Of a stretch of DNA of 64,000 bases, positions 9,334 to 19,439 are shown piece after piece. The notes beneath the pieces are model-generated. The model made no database searches. It was not told where the DNA came from and saw nothing but the letters and a program-made list of their open reading frames with translations. The DNA comes from Syntrophaceae bacterium (lineage in GTDB: Bacteria > Desulfobacterota > Desulfomonilia > UBA1062): the NCBI GenBank assembly GCA_039680665.1, contig JBDKSM010000122.1, positions 6,832 through 70,831 of the forward strand, in the 5' to 3' direction. How positions within the stretch are numbered: the first letter of the stretch is position 1; each line of letters starts with the position of its first letter. A program made the translations under genes and the position numbers.

Positions 9334-10827
9334 ATGAGTAACCGATCCCTTACCTCGCGCACTTTGGGCGGACTGTTGTGGATCAGCTCAGGCAGCGCGG
9401 CGCATGCCGTGCTGAGCACGATCATCATGATCGTTCAGGCCCGCTTCCTGACCCCTACCGAATTCGGCATCGTGGGGGCGGCCATGATCGTGATCGGATT
9501 TTCCCAGATCTTCAGCCAGCTGGGCATCGGACCGGCCATCGTGCAGCGCAGCGATCTTGCCGCCGGGCATATCCGCGTGGGCTTCACGGTCTCATTCATC
9601 CTGGGCTGTCTGGTCGGGGTCTTGTTCTATGTGCTGGCGCATGCCCTGGCGGTATTTTTTCGCATGGAAGACCTTGCGCCCGTGATAAAGGTGATGGCCC
9701 TGATCTTTCCGATCACCGGCCTGTCGGTGACCGGCCAGTCGCTGCTGCAGCGCACCATGCAGTTCAAGACCCTGGCCCTGATCGATGTCTTCAGCTATGC
9801 GCTGTTCTACGGCGCCCTGGGCATCGTCCTGGCGGTGACAGGCTGGGGGGTGTGGGCGCTGGTGTTTGCGCAGATCGGCCAGGCCGCGTGCACGGCGCTG
9901 ATCATGCTCGTTATGCACCATAAAAAGCTTGGTTTCAGATTCAACGCTTCCGAGATGGGCGAGCTCATGAATTACGGCCTGGGCTTTTCCCTGGCGCGCA
10001 TCGCCAATTATGCGGCGACCCAGGCGGACAACCTGGTGGTCGGCCGCTGGATGGGACCGGCCGCGCTGGGGATCTACGGCCGCGCTTACCAGTTTCTGAT
10101 GATGCCGGCCACCCAGCTGGGCACGGTGGCGGATAAGGTGCTGTTCCCGGTCATGTCGGCGGTGCAGCAGGACAAGCCGCGGCTGGCGCGGGCCTATACC
10201 ACCGGGGTGGCCTTTATCGCGATGATGACCATGCCCTTAAGCGGCGTGCTGATCGTGCTGGCGCCCGAGATTATTTACGTGCTGCTCGGCAAGGCGTGGA
10301 TGGCCGTGGCGCCGCCGTTTCAGCTGCTTGCCCTGGCCCTGGTCTTTCGGACCAGCTATAAGATGAGCGATTCCCTGGCGCGCGCCACGGGCGCGGTTTA
10401 CCGCCGCGCCTGGCGTCAGTGGGTATATGCCGCGGCGGTTTTCTCCGGCGCCTGGATCGGGCAGTTCTGGGGCTTGAGCGCCGTCGCTTTCGGCGTGGCC
10501 CTGGCCATCCTCGTGAACTTCCTGCTTATGTTTCACTTGACCGCCAGCATCGTGAGGATTTCCTGGCGCGAGCTGGGCATTATCCACCTGCGCCACTTCG
10601 TGGTGGCGTGCGTGGTGAGCGGGGCGGCCCTGGCGGTCAAGATGGCGCTGCTTTCCTTAGGCGCGCATCCGGCGGTGATCCTCGCCGCTGCGCTTATCGC
10701 GGCCGCTCTTATGTTCCTGGGCCTGTGGTTCGGCTGCCGTTCCATCTTCGGCGACGAAGGCCGCTGGGCGCATGAGCTTGCCAAACGCTCTGCCGCGGGT
10801 CTGCTCAAGCCGCTTGGGCTTCGGTAA
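9334..10827 (+). CDS. wzx: Oligosaccharide-unit flippase (Wzx / polysaccharide biosynthesis protein, MOP superfamily).
   Basis: 497 aa with about 12-14 TM segments. The N-terminus LLWISSGSAAHAVLSTIIMIVQARFL is typical of the PST family. Confidence 0.8.
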   Translation: MSNRSLTSRTLGGLLWISSGSAAHAVLSTIIMIVQARFLTPTEFGIVGAAMIVIGFSQIFSQLGIGPAIVQRSDLAAGHIRVGFTVSFILGCLVGVLFYVLAHALAVFFRMEDLAPVIKVMALIFPITGLSVTGQSLLQRTMQFKTLALIDVFSYALFYGALGIVLAVTGWGVWALVFAQIGQAACTALIMLVMHHKKLGFRFNASEMGELMNYGLGFSLARIANYAATQADNLVVGRWMGPAALGIYGRAYQFLMMPATQLGTVADKVLFPVMSAVQQDKPRLARAYTTGVAFIAMMTMPLSGVLIVLAPEIIYVLLGKAWMAVAPPFQLLALALVFRTSYKMSDSLARATGAVYRRAWRQWVYAAAVFSGAWIGQFWGLSAVAFGVALAILVNFLLMFHLTASIVRISWRELGIIHLRHFVVACVVSGAALAVKMALLSLGAHPAVILAAALIAAALMFLGLWFGCRSIFGDEGRWAHELAKRSAAGLLKPLGLR

Positions 10828-10909
10828 TACCCGACCTTGACTGCCATGAGGTCGCTTCCCGTGTTTAGGGTGACTTCTGGGGTAATAAACTGGGTGAGGT
10901 GCCATCAGC

Positions 10910-12127
10910 ATGCATGATATCGTTTTACTCTCCACCGCGGACTGGGACAACCCCTTCTGGACCAACAAGCAGCACATGGCCGTGAACCTGGCCGCCCTTG
11001 GGTATCGGGTGCTCTATATCGATTCGTTGGGCCTCAGGCGGCCCAGCCTGCAGGCGCAGGATACGTCCCGCATGGCCAGGCGTCTGCGGCGTGGTTTGCG
11101 GGCGCCGCGCAAGGTTCGTGAAAATATATGGGTGTTATCGCCCTTAGTCCTTCCCTGGCATCAGAGAACGATCATCCGGCGCTTCAACAAGATCTGGCTC
11201 ACGCTCTGCATCGCCCTGGCGCGGGCCTATCTGGGGATGAAACCGGATATGCTCTGGACCTATAACCCGTTGACACTGGACCTCCTGGATGTGCGCTCTT
11301 TCAAACACCTGGTCTATCATTGCGTGGACGATATCAAGGCCCAGCCGGGCATGCCGGTGGAGACGATCGGGGAGGCCGAACCGCGGCTCATAGCGGCAGC
11401 TGACTGCGTCTTCTGCAGCGCCCCCAAGCTCGCTGAGTACTGTAGCGAATTCAACGCCCGGACGTATTTTTTCCCCAATGTAGCCGATTACGACCACTTT
11501 TCGAAGGCCCTGGCCGAGGATACCGTTATCCCCGAGGACCTGGCGCGTATACATAAGCCTCGCATCGGCTTTATCGGCGCCTTGAGCGCCTATAAGGTCG
11601 ACTTCAACCTCCTGCGGCACCTGGCGATCGCCCGGCCGGAATGGTCGATCGTGCTGATCGGCAAGATCGGGGAGGGCGATCCCTGGACCGATCCGAGCTT
11701 GCTTGAGGGCCTGAAGAACCTGACCGTCCTGGGTCCCAGGGACTATGGTATGCTGCCGCAGTACCTCAAGGGTATCGACGTGGCCCTGCTGCCCAATATG
11801 ATCAATCAGTATACGGCCGGGATGTTCCCCATGAAGTTCTTCGAATACCTGGCCGCCGGCAAACCGGTGGTGGCCACCGACCTGCCGGCCTTGCGGGACT
11901 ATCGGGATCTCGTCCATATCGGGGTTTCGCCGGAAGATTTCATGGAGAAGATCGAGCAGGCCCTGGCCGAGGACGGAGAGCAAATACGCTCGCGTCTGGA
12001 AGCGGCGCGGGAGCATACCTATGCCAAACGCCTTGAGAAGATGATGGACATTGTCGAGGGCCTGGAAGGGCGTCTGAAAAGAATGGATGCGAAGTCGTCC
12101 AAGAAAGCCTCTGGAATCCGAGGTTAA
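10910..12127 (+). CDS. Glycosyltransferase (family 1, TuaH/WcaI-like).
   Basis: The N-terminal STADWDNPFWTNKQH motif is characteristic of TuaH-like GT4 proteins. C-terminal GT-B fold motifs (FFEYLAAGKPVVATD). Confidence 0.7.
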   Translation: MHDIVLLSTADWDNPFWTNKQHMAVNLAALGYRVLYIDSLGLRRPSLQAQDTSRMARRLRRGLRAPRKVRENIWVLSPLVLPWHQRTIIRRFNKIWLTLCIALARAYLGMKPDMLWTYNPLTLDLLDVRSFKHLVYHCVDDIKAQPGMPVETIGEAEPRLIAAADCVFCSAPKLAEYCSEFNARTYFFPNVADYDHFSKALAEDTVIPEDLARIHKPRIGFIGALSAYKVDFNLLRHLAIARPEWSIVLIGKIGEGDPWTDPSLLEGLKNLTVLGPRDYGMLPQYLKGIDVALLPNMINQYTAGMFPMKFFEYLAAGKPVVATDLPALRDYRDLVHIGVSPEDFMEKIEQALAEDGEQIRSRLEAAREHTYAKRLEKMMDIVEGLEGRLKRMDAKSSKKASGIRG

Positions 12128-12147
12128 TCTATTGTAAGGTTATCGCC

Positions 12148-13260
12148 ATGAAGATCGCTATCGTACATGATTGGCTCACCGGCATGCGCGGTGGAGAGAA
12201 ATGTCTTGAGTGCTTCTGCGAGCTCTTCCCCCAGGCCGATTTGTATACCCTCATCCATACCCGCGGGTCGTGTTCGCCAATAATCGAATCCATGCGCATC
12301 ACGCGCTCCTTCGTGGACAAGCTGCCCGGCAAGGACCGCTACTACCGCCACATGCTGCCCCTTTTCCCCGTGGCCATCGAGCGCTTCATCCTGAAGGATT
12401 ACGATCTGATCCTCAGCTCGAGCCACTGCGTGGCCAAGGGCATCATTCCCGGACCGAACTCGGTGCACGTCTCTTACATGCACTCGCCCATGCGCTATGT
12501 GTGGGATATGTACGACGACTATTTCGGACCCGACAAGGTGAGTGTCCCGGTCGGCATGATCGTGCCCTTCTTCGCCACCTATCTCAGAACCTGGGACGTC
12601 GCCTCATCGGCGCGCGTCGACTATTTCATCGCCAATTCGGGCCATGTCGCCAAGCGCATCGAGAAGTTCTACCGCAGGCCGGCCAGCGTGATCCATCCCC
12701 CGGTGGATTTAAGCCGCTTCAATCCCGTGGCGGATATCGGGGACTACTACCTGATGGTCTCGGCCTTCGCCCCCTACAAACGCGTCGATCTGGCCATCGA
12801 GGCCTTCGGCGAGCTCGGATACCCGCTCAAGATCGTGGGCACGGGCCAGGAAGACGCGCGTTTAAGGCGTTTGGCCGGGTCCAACATCGAGTTCCTGGGC
12901 TGGCAGCCGGACGAAGCCCTGCCGGGACTGTACGCGCGCTGCAAGGCCTTCATCTTCCCGGGCGAGGAAGACTTCGGGATCACCCCCTTAGAGGCCATGG
13001 CCTCCGGACGACCGGTCATCGCCTATGCCAAAGGCGGCGCCCTGGAAACCGTACGGGGCGATGAGCATGACGACCCGACCGGGGTGTTCTTTGCCTCTCA
13101 GACCCGCGATGATTTGATCCGCGCGGTTCAGCGCTTCGAGGCGCAATTCAAGCGTTTCGATCCGGAACGGATCCGGCGGCACGCCGCCGGCTGGTCGCGG
13201 GAGCGCTTCATGCAGGACATGCAGGGCGCCCTGGAGAACTTTACGAAAAGGGCGCCATGA
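12148..13260 (+). CDS. Glycosyltransferase family 4.
   Basis: N-terminus MKIAIVHDWLTGMRGGEK and the E-x7-E region GEEDFGITPLEAMASGRPVIA. Confidence 0.8.
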   Translation: MKIAIVHDWLTGMRGGEKCLECFCELFPQADLYTLIHTRGSCSPIIESMRITRSFVDKLPGKDRYYRHMLPLFPVAIERFILKDYDLILSSSHCVAKGIIPGPNSVHVSYMHSPMRYVWDMYDDYFGPDKVSVPVGMIVPFFATYLRTWDVASSARVDYFIANSGHVAKRIEKFYRRPASVIHPPVDLSRFNPVADIGDYYLMVSAFAPYKRVDLAIEAFGELGYPLKIVGTGQEDARLRRLAGSNIEFLGWQPDEALPGLYARCKAFIFPGEEDFGITPLEAMASGRPVIAYAKGGALETVRGDEHDDPTGVFFASQTRDDLIRAVQRFEAQFKRFDPERIRRHAAGWSRERFMQDMQGALENFTKRAP

Positions 13261-14690
13261 TCCGGGCCACCTACACCTTCCTCAAACGCCTGAGCGCCGG
13301 CGTGCTGCTGGCCGGCGCCGACATCGCGGCCATCATGCTTTGCTTCGCCCTGAGTTATTACATCAGGGCCGTGGTCCTGGTGGATATAATCCCGCTCTTT
13401 TCACACATGCGGCACACCTTTGAGCTCTATGCCGCCATGTGGCCGGTTCTTTCACTGTGGCTGCTGCTCTTCGCCTATGAAGGCCTGTACCCCTCCATCG
13501 GCATGAGCTACTGGGAAGAGACCTCCGGGGTGCTCAAGGCCAACCTTATCGCCTTCATCATCGTGATCCTCTTGAGCTTTGTCACGCGCACCTCGGTGCA
13601 GTACTCCCGGCCCGTGATCTTGATCGCCTTCCTGCTCTCCATCCTGGCTCTGCCGATTATGCGCGCCGTCATGCGCGCCTTTCTGAGAAAGGCCGGCCTG
13701 TGGTCGAAAGAGGTCGTACTGATCGGATCGGAAAAGCTGGTCCGAGAGGTCGTCTGCAACCTCAAGAAGCACCCGGATTTCGGACTTGCCCCGGCCGGAA
13801 TCTTCCTGGACAAACCCGAGGGGCATAGCGAGATCGGCGGCATCAGGGTCCTGGGCGCGATTCAGGATCTGCCGTCCCCGACGCGGTCCGACGAGGTCAT
13901 CGTGGCCATGCCCGAGCTTTCGGGCGCGGCCTTAGTCGAGATCGTGGAACAGGCCACGCGCATCGCTCCGGTGGTACATGTGGTGCCAGACCTATACGGT
14001 CTGATCTCCCTGGGCGTCCAGACCCATGACCTGGACGGGCTGTTGCTGCTCGAGATGGAAGACCGGCTGGCGCGCAAGCGCAACCGGGCCATGAAACGCG
14101 TTTTCGACGGGATGAGTTCCCTGGCGGCCATGCTCATGCTGGCCCCCATCTTTCTGATCGTTATCGTCCTAATCAAGATTGATTCCAAGGGGCCGGCCTT
14201 TTTCGGGCACAACCGTATCGGCAGGGGCGGCAGGCAATTTACGTGCTTCAAGTTCCGCACCATGGTGGTCAACGCCCAGGAGGTGCTGGAGGATATGCTG
14301 GCCCATGACGCGAGGGCCCGCGCCGAATGGGACAAGGACTTCAAGCTCAAGCACGACCCGCGCATTACCCGCATCGGGAATTTTCTGAGGCGCACCAGCT
14401 TAGACGAGCTGCCCCAGCTCTTCAATGTGCTCAAGGGCGAGATGAGCCTGGTGGGCCCAAGGCCCATCATCAGCGAAGAGGTGCCCAAATACGGAGACAA
14501 GGCGCGCTACTTCTTCAAGGTCACGCCGGGCATCACCGGTCTGTGGCAGGTCTCGGGCCGCAACGATCTTACCTATGACGAGCGCGTGCTGCTGGACGAG
14601 TATTACGCCAAGAACTGGTCGCTGTGGCTCGATATCGAGATCATCATCCGCACCTTCGGGGCTGTGTTCAAAAGGCAGGGGGCGTACTAA
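13257..14690 (+). CDS. wbaP: Undecaprenyl-phosphate sugar phosphotransferase (initiating transferase of the WbaP/exopolysaccharide polyprenyl glycosylphosphotransferase family).
   Basis: C-terminal bacterial sugar-transferase domain with LDELPQLFNVLKGEMSLVGPRP and N-terminal TM helices. ATGA overlap with the upstream GT. Confidence 0.85.
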   Translation: MIRATYTFLKRLSAGVLLAGADIAAIMLCFALSYYIRAVVLVDIIPLFSHMRHTFELYAAMWPVLSLWLLLFAYEGLYPSIGMSYWEETSGVLKANLIAFIIVILLSFVTRTSVQYSRPVILIAFLLSILALPIMRAVMRAFLRKAGLWSKEVVLIGSEKLVREVVCNLKKHPDFGLAPAGIFLDKPEGHSEIGGIRVLGAIQDLPSPTRSDEVIVAMPELSGAALVEIVEQATRIAPVVHVVPDLYGLISLGVQTHDLDGLLLLEMEDRLARKRNRAMKRVFDGMSSLAAMLMLAPIFLIVIVLIKIDSKGPAFFGHNRIGRGGRQFTCFKFRTMVVNAQEVLEDMLAHDARARAEWDKDFKLKHDPRITRIGNFLRRTSLDELPQLFNVLKGEMSLVGPRPIISEEVPKYGDKARYFFKVTPGITGLWQVSGRNDLTYDERVLLDEYYAKNWSLWLDIEIIIRTFGAVFKRQGAY

Positions 14691-14695
14691 AGGGC

Positions 14696-16036
14696 ATGAT
14701 GGCCGAAGACCGGCGCGCGTTTTCGATTGCCCTGCTCATCATCCTGGCATCCGGCCTTGCCCTGCTGCCGTCCTGGCTTCACTACGACATCATTGCCAAT
14801 GACGGCGCCTTCCAGTATATCCCCGTGGCCGAACTCTTCCTTCAGGGCCGTTTCCATGACGCCTTCCTGACCCCCCAACTGCCGCTCTTTCCGCTTGCCA
14901 TCGCCGGTATGAGCGCGCTGACCGGGATGGACCCCGAGCTCTCCGGCCGCATGGTCGCGGCGATCGCCTTTATCATCGCCGCCCTCGGTCTCTATAGGAT
15001 CGGCATGCTCACGACCAGGCGGCGCTGGGTTGCGCTCCTGGCGGTTCTGTTCCTGATCACCAATCGTGATCTGGTAGACAACTCGGTCGACTGCCTCAAG
15101 GAATCTCTGCTTCTGGCCTTCATACTCTGGGGCAATTTTTTTATCCTGCGCTGGATTGAGGAGCGCCGGCCGTGGCAGCTCTTAGCCGCTATGCTCTTGC
15201 TGCTCTCGGGCGCTCTGCTGCGCAGCACGGCCTTATTTTTCATCGGCGCCTGGGTGATCCCGTGGGCCTTCTACCAGCGCCGGGGCATGGCGCTCAGGGT
15301 GGGGCTCATCGCCTCTCCGGTGGCGGCGGTTCTGTTGTTGTGGTTCATCGATCCGACCCTGCCCATTTTCATCCGCAGCTACAACCTGGGGCTGATCTTC
15401 AAGCCGGAGCACACCCCGTTGTTCCTCCTCACCGCGGCCGGCAAAACGATCAATGAGTTTCTGGCCACCGGCAACCCGGTTGTCATACTCTTTGCTTTTG
15501 CCGGGTTGTACCGGATGCGCGCCACCCTGTATGCCCGTCATGCGATGGCGGTCCTGCTGATATATCTCCTGATTATGATGATGTGGGGTCATGTCTTCTC
15601 GGGCAGGTATCTGTTGGCGCCGATTGCCTGGGTGTATCCCCTGGCGGCTTACTCCGTGCATGAGGCCTGGAGGTCCCGCCGCATGATCTGGAAAACCTGC
15701 GCCGCCATGGCCGTGATCTCCTGCGTGGCCTTATGGACCTACCAAGCCCGGATTCCGCCGGACCCTGACAAGCTGGCGCGCCGGCAGGCCGGTCAATGGA
15801 TTCTTGCGCAAATCGGGCCGGGTAAGGAGATCATGAGCAATCGTATGCGCCTGGTGTTTTATGCCAAAGGCACTTCGTCCCACCTGGCGGACATTGATGC
15901 GCACCGGCCGCATCCCTGCATCGCCGTGGATGTCGACACCGAAGAAGGCAAGCGCTTCAAGGCGCACTACGATCAGGCGGGGTTACGGTATGATGCGGTC
16001 TTCCGGACCATCCAAGTATATCTCCCGAAGTCTTGA
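14696..16036 (+). CDS. GT-C-fold membrane glycosyltransferase-like protein (GT39/83, ArnT/PMT-like).
   Basis: Multi-TM protein, hydrophobic throughout. The ORF track starts at 14624, overlapping wbaP by 67 nt. The ATGATG at 14696 lies just after the wbaP stop and is the likelier start. Confidence 0.5.
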   Translation: MMAEDRRAFSIALLIILASGLALLPSWLHYDIIANDGAFQYIPVAELFLQGRFHDAFLTPQLPLFPLAIAGMSALTGMDPELSGRMVAAIAFIIAALGLYRIGMLTTRRRWVALLAVLFLITNRDLVDNSVDCLKESLLLAFILWGNFFILRWIEERRPWQLLAAMLLLLSGALLRSTALFFIGAWVIPWAFYQRRGMALRVGLIASPVAAVLLLWFIDPTLPIFIRSYNLGLIFKPEHTPLFLLTAAGKTINEFLATGNPVVILFAFAGLYRMRATLYARHAMAVLLIYLLIMMMWGHVFSGRYLLAPIAWVYPLAAYSVHEAWRSRRMIWKTCAAMAVISCVALWTYQARIPPDPDKLARRQAGQWILAQIGPGKEIMSNRMRLVFYAKGTSSHLADIDAHRPHPCIAVDVDTEEGKRFKAHYDQAGLRYDAVFRTIQVYLPKS

Positions 16037-16048
16037 CTAAACCAGGAC

Positions 16049-16506
16049 ATGATGATACATCCAAATACTGCCGATAGCTCTTTGATGGAAATCGCCTTGG
16101 AAGAGGCTGAAAAGGCGAGACAACATGAGGAAGTCCCGGTAGGGGCGGTACTAATTGTACAGTCACGGATGTTCCGGGGGCACAACCGGGTAATTATGGA
16201 CTCTGACCCGAGCGCGCATGCCGAGATGGTCGTCATACGGGAAGCGGCCCGGTCGTTGGGGAATTACCGGCTCTTGGGCAGCCGTCTCGTCGTGACCCTG
16301 GAACCCTGCCTGATGTGCGCCGGGGCAATCATTCAGGCCCGCATTGGCAAGGTCGTGTTCGGCGCCCGGGATGAACGCTACGGCGCTTCAGGCTCGCTCG
16401 TAGATGCCTTTGCGCTGGGACTGAATCATACCCCCGAGGTTGTTGGGGGGGTGTTGAAAGAACAATGTAGCACCGTGCTGAAGGACTTCTTTCAGGCACG
16501 GCGTTA

Positions 16507-16507
<1 letters not shown>
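16049..16507 (+). CDS. tadA: tRNA adenosine(34) deaminase.
   Basis: HAEMVVIREA and LEPCLMCAGAI zinc-binding motifs (CDA fold). Confidence 0.85.
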
Positions 16508-16600
<93 letters not shown>

Positions 16601-16616
16601 TACCGATGTTTTGTTG

Positions 16617-16709
16617 GGAGAGATGCCCGAGAGGCTGAAGGGGCACGATTGGAAATCGTGTGTACCGTTAATAGCGGTATCGAGGGTTCGAATCCCTCTC
16701 TCTCCGCCA
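16617..16709 (+). tRNA. tRNA-Ser (anticodon GGA).
   Basis: Acceptor stem GGAGAGA/TCTCTCC, encoded CCA, anticodon loop TTGGAAA, long variable arm, T-arm GGTTCGAATCC. Confidence 0.8.
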
Positions 16710-16726
16710 CCCAAGGCCTGGTAAGA

Positions 16727-16824
16727 GGCCGGGTCTCATGCAATACGGCGCTGCGAACCCCGTCAGGTCCGGAAGGAAGCAGCGGTAAGCGGTACGTCGT
16801 ATGTGCGTGGTAAGGCCCGGCCCC
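16727..16824 (+). ncRNA. ffs: Signal recognition particle RNA (4.5S RNA, ffs), small bacterial type.
   Basis: Contains the conserved domain-IV motif GTCAGGTCCGGAAGGAAGCAGC. The 5' GGCCGGG pairs with the 3' CCCGGCC. It is followed by a GC hairpin plus TTTCGTTT, and sits upstream of dnaX as in many bacteria. Confidence 0.65.
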
Positions 16825-16904
16825 TTATCGGGCCTTTCGTTTATGTCCGGCCGTAGGGCATGGAAACCGTTGCCGCTTACTAAAAATTGGGATATGACGG
16901 GACC

Positions 16905-18446
16905 ATGTACCAGGTCATCGCACGCAAATTCCGGCCGCAATGCTTTGAGGATGTCATCGGTCAGGGGCATGTCACCACGGTCATCAAGAACGCCATCGAC
17001 CAGGGCAAGATACCGCATGCCTTCGTATTCTCGGGGCCGCGGGGCGTGGGCAAGACCACGGTGGCCCGGATCCTGGCCAAGGCGCTGAACTGCGGCCAGG
17101 GCCTGTCCAGCTCACCCTGCAATGTGTGCGGCATCTGCCAGGACATCACCGCCTCGCGCGCCGTGGACGTCTTCGAGATCGATGCCGCCAGCCATACCGG
17201 CGTGGACAACATCCGCGATCTGATCGAGAACTCGCGCTATGCCCCGAGCATCGCGCGCTACAAGACCTTCATCATCGACGAGGCGCACATGCTCTCGCGC
17301 AGCGCCTTCAACGCCCTGCTCAAGACCCTGGAGGAACCGCCGGCGCACGTGGTTTTCATCCTGGCCACCACCGAGCTCGGCAAGATACCGCTCACCGTGG
17401 TCTCCCGCTGTCAGCGTTATGATTTCCGGCGCATCGGCGTACCCGAGATCGTCCGGCAGCTTGCCTGCGTGGCCGACGCGGAAGGGGTGGATATCGCCGA
17501 AGACGCCCTGATGCTCATCGCCCTGCAGGCCGACGGCAGCATGCGCGACGCGCAGGGCATGCTCGAGCGCGTCGCCGCGGCCGGTGTGGGCGGGATAACC
17601 CCGCAGACGGTCGAGGCCGCCTTGGGCCTGGTCGGACGTTCCACCCTCCATGACCTGCTGACGGCGCTTTTGAACAAGGATGCCCCGAGCATGCTGGCTA
17701 TCATCGACGAGGTCTATCGCTACGGTTATGACTTAAGCCAGCTCTACCGCGCCCTGATCGAAGAGTTCCGCAACGTCCTGGTGCTGAAGTCCGGCTATGA
17801 GGACCTGGCCGTTCCCCGGGAGGAGAAGGCCTTCCTCAAGGATATCGGCGCCGGGGTGGCGCTGCATGACATTCACCGCTACGTAAGCGTCCTGATCAGG
17901 TCCGAAGAAGACTTCAAATACGCCGGTCTGCCCAAGATCACCCTGGAGGTCATCCTTTTGCGGATCATCGCGGCCCCCGACCTGGTGGACATCCAGCAGC
18001 TCATCCAGGGCACGGCGGGAAGGGGGGTTCCGCAAGCCTTGGCGCCCAAGCATGCGGAGAACGACCTGGCGGCGTACCAGCGTCCGCCCTCCACCATCCC
18101 CCGCTCATGGGAAGGATTCATCGCCTACTTAAGGGACCACGACCAACTGCTGCATGCCATCATATCCAAGGCCGGCAGGGTGCGCGAGGAAGGCAACCGT
18201 ATCGTACTCGAGGTCCCGAGCGCGTTTCTGGCCGAGCAGGTGCAACAGGGGCGCAAGGAGATCGAGAAGAAGGCCGCGGCCTTTCTGCAGCGCGAGGTCT
18301 CCCTGGGGGTCGAAGTCCTGGCCGACACGACCGCCCCCAGCATCAAGCCCTCGGAACTCCGCGCACAGGCCCTGAAGTCTCCGCTGGTCAAGGAGCTCAT
18401 CACCGAATTCAACGGACAGGTCAAGGATGTCAGGCCCAAGGAATAA
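16905..18446 (+). CDS. dnaX: DNA polymerase III subunits gamma/tau.
   Basis: MYQVIARKFRPQCFEDVIGQ, Walker A GPRGVGKTT and the zinc module CGQGLSSSPCNVCGIC. The ORF track begins at a TTG at 16887; the first ATG at 16905 matches the canonical N-terminus. Confidence 0.9.
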   Translation: MYQVIARKFRPQCFEDVIGQGHVTTVIKNAIDQGKIPHAFVFSGPRGVGKTTVARILAKALNCGQGLSSSPCNVCGICQDITASRAVDVFEIDAASHTGVDNIRDLIENSRYAPSIARYKTFIIDEAHMLSRSAFNALLKTLEEPPAHVVFILATTELGKIPLTVVSRCQRYDFRRIGVPEIVRQLACVADAEGVDIAEDALMLIALQADGSMRDAQGMLERVAAAGVGGITPQTVEAALGLVGRSTLHDLLTALLNKDAPSMLAIIDEVYRYGYDLSQLYRALIEEFRNVLVLKSGYEDLAVPREEKAFLKDIGAGVALHDIHRYVSVLIRSEEDFKYAGLPKITLEVILLRIIAAPDLVDIQQLIQGTAGRGVPQALAPKHAENDLAAYQRPPSTIPRSWEGFIAYLRDHDQLLHAIISKAGRVREEGNRIVLEVPSAFLAEQVQQGRKEIEKKAAAFLQREVSLGVEVLADTTAPSIKPSELRAQALKSPLVKELITEFNGQVKDVRPKE

Positions 18447-19413
18447 TACCCTGACCGGTGTCCCGGGCGTGAGGGTCGGCCATGCCACGGATTCGGAAGG
18501 CGGTACGGGCTTAAGCGTCATTATCTTTGATCAACCGGCGCTCGGCGCGGCCGACCTTTCCGGCATGGCCACCTCCACGCGTCAGTTCGACTCGCTTACG
18601 CTGATGCACCCCGGTTCCAGCGTGCATGCCGTTTGTCTCACCGGAGGCAGCGCCTTCGGGCTGGATGCCTCGGCCGGCGTCGTGAGCTTCCTGGAGGAAC
18701 AAGGCCACGGCCTGGATCTGTTCGTGGCCCGCCTCCCGGTGGTGCCGACCGCCGCGCTGTTCGATCTGTCGTTCATGGACGCGCATGCGCGCCCCACGCC
18801 GGCGATGGCCTATGCCGCCTGCCGGGACGCCTCGTCGGACCCGGTGCAGCAGGGCTGCGTGGGGGCCGGGACGGGCGCCACCTGCGGCAAGCTCAGGGGG
18901 GTGCAAGGCGCCACCAAGACCGGCCTCGGGTCCAGTCTGATGGAAGGGGCCCAAGGCGTCAAAGTAGGCGCCCTGGTGGTCGCCAATCCCTTCGGCGATA
19001 TCCTTGACGAAAAGGGGGTGATCATCGCCGGCGCCCGCGAGGGGCAAGGGTTTCTCGACTCAAGCCGCGCCATTGCCTCAGGTGAGGTGCGCACCCGCAT
19101 GGGCGCGCCCTCGAATACGACCCTGTGCGTGATTGTCACCGATGCGCGCTTGGATAAGATCGCGGCCATACAAGTGGCCCGCATGGCGGGTCAGGGGCTG
19201 GCCCGCCATATCTCGCCCTATAACACGCCCTTTGATGGTGATATGGTCTTGTGCTTCTCGGTCGGTGAGCGGAAGGCCCATACCTTGCATCTGGGCGTCA
19301 TGGCCGCTCAGGCCGCCGGCCAGGCCTTATTGAATGCCGTGCAGCACGCGAACAGTATGGGCGGTATCCCGGCCTCTCCCCAGGCATCTGACAACTTAAC
19401 ACTTAAAACTTAA
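18427..19413 (+). CDS. Peptidase family S58 (DmpA/L-aminopeptidase D-Ala-esterase, P1 family).
   Basis: Motifs GVRVGHATD...GTGLSVII...CLTGGSAFGLDA. Overlaps the dnaX end by 20 nt. The last 8 codons (SDNLTLKT) are encoded by the 14-bp tandem repeat. Confidence 0.75.
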   Translation: MSGPRNNTLTGVPGVRVGHATDSEGGTGLSVIIFDQPALGAADLSGMATSTRQFDSLTLMHPGSSVHAVCLTGGSAFGLDASAGVVSFLEEQGHGLDLFVARLPVVPTAALFDLSFMDAHARPTPAMAYAACRDASSDPVQQGCVGAGTGATCGKLRGVQGATKTGLGSSLMEGAQGVKVGALVVANPFGDILDEKGVIIAGAREGQGFLDSSRAIASGEVRTRMGAPSNTTLCVIVTDARLDKIAAIQVARMAGQGLARHISPYNTPFDGDMVLCFSVGERKAHTLHLGVMAAQAAGQALLNAVQHANSMGGIPASPQASDNLTLKT

Positions 19414-19438
19414 CACTTAAAACTTAACACTTAAAACT
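19393..19438. repeat. Perfect tandem repeat: 3.3 copies of the 14-mer AACTTAACACTTAA.
   Basis: Read directly: (AACTTAACACTTAA)x3 followed by AACT. Related copies lie at 39551-39576 (inverted) and 39676-39704 (direct). Confidence 0.95.
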
Positions 19439-19439
19439 A

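Noticed and set aside
12210-13064. 284-aa alternative-frame ORF inside the GT4 gene. Similar alternative-frame ORFs lie inside wzx (9378-9923) and metE (59291-60877).
   Set aside because: Arg/Pro/Gly-rich nonsense frames embedded in strongly supported genes.
19393-19438. Possible CRISPR array.
   Set aside because: The repeat is only 14 bp and perfectly tandem with no spacers, and no cas genes are nearby. It is a simple tandem repeat or terminal repeat.
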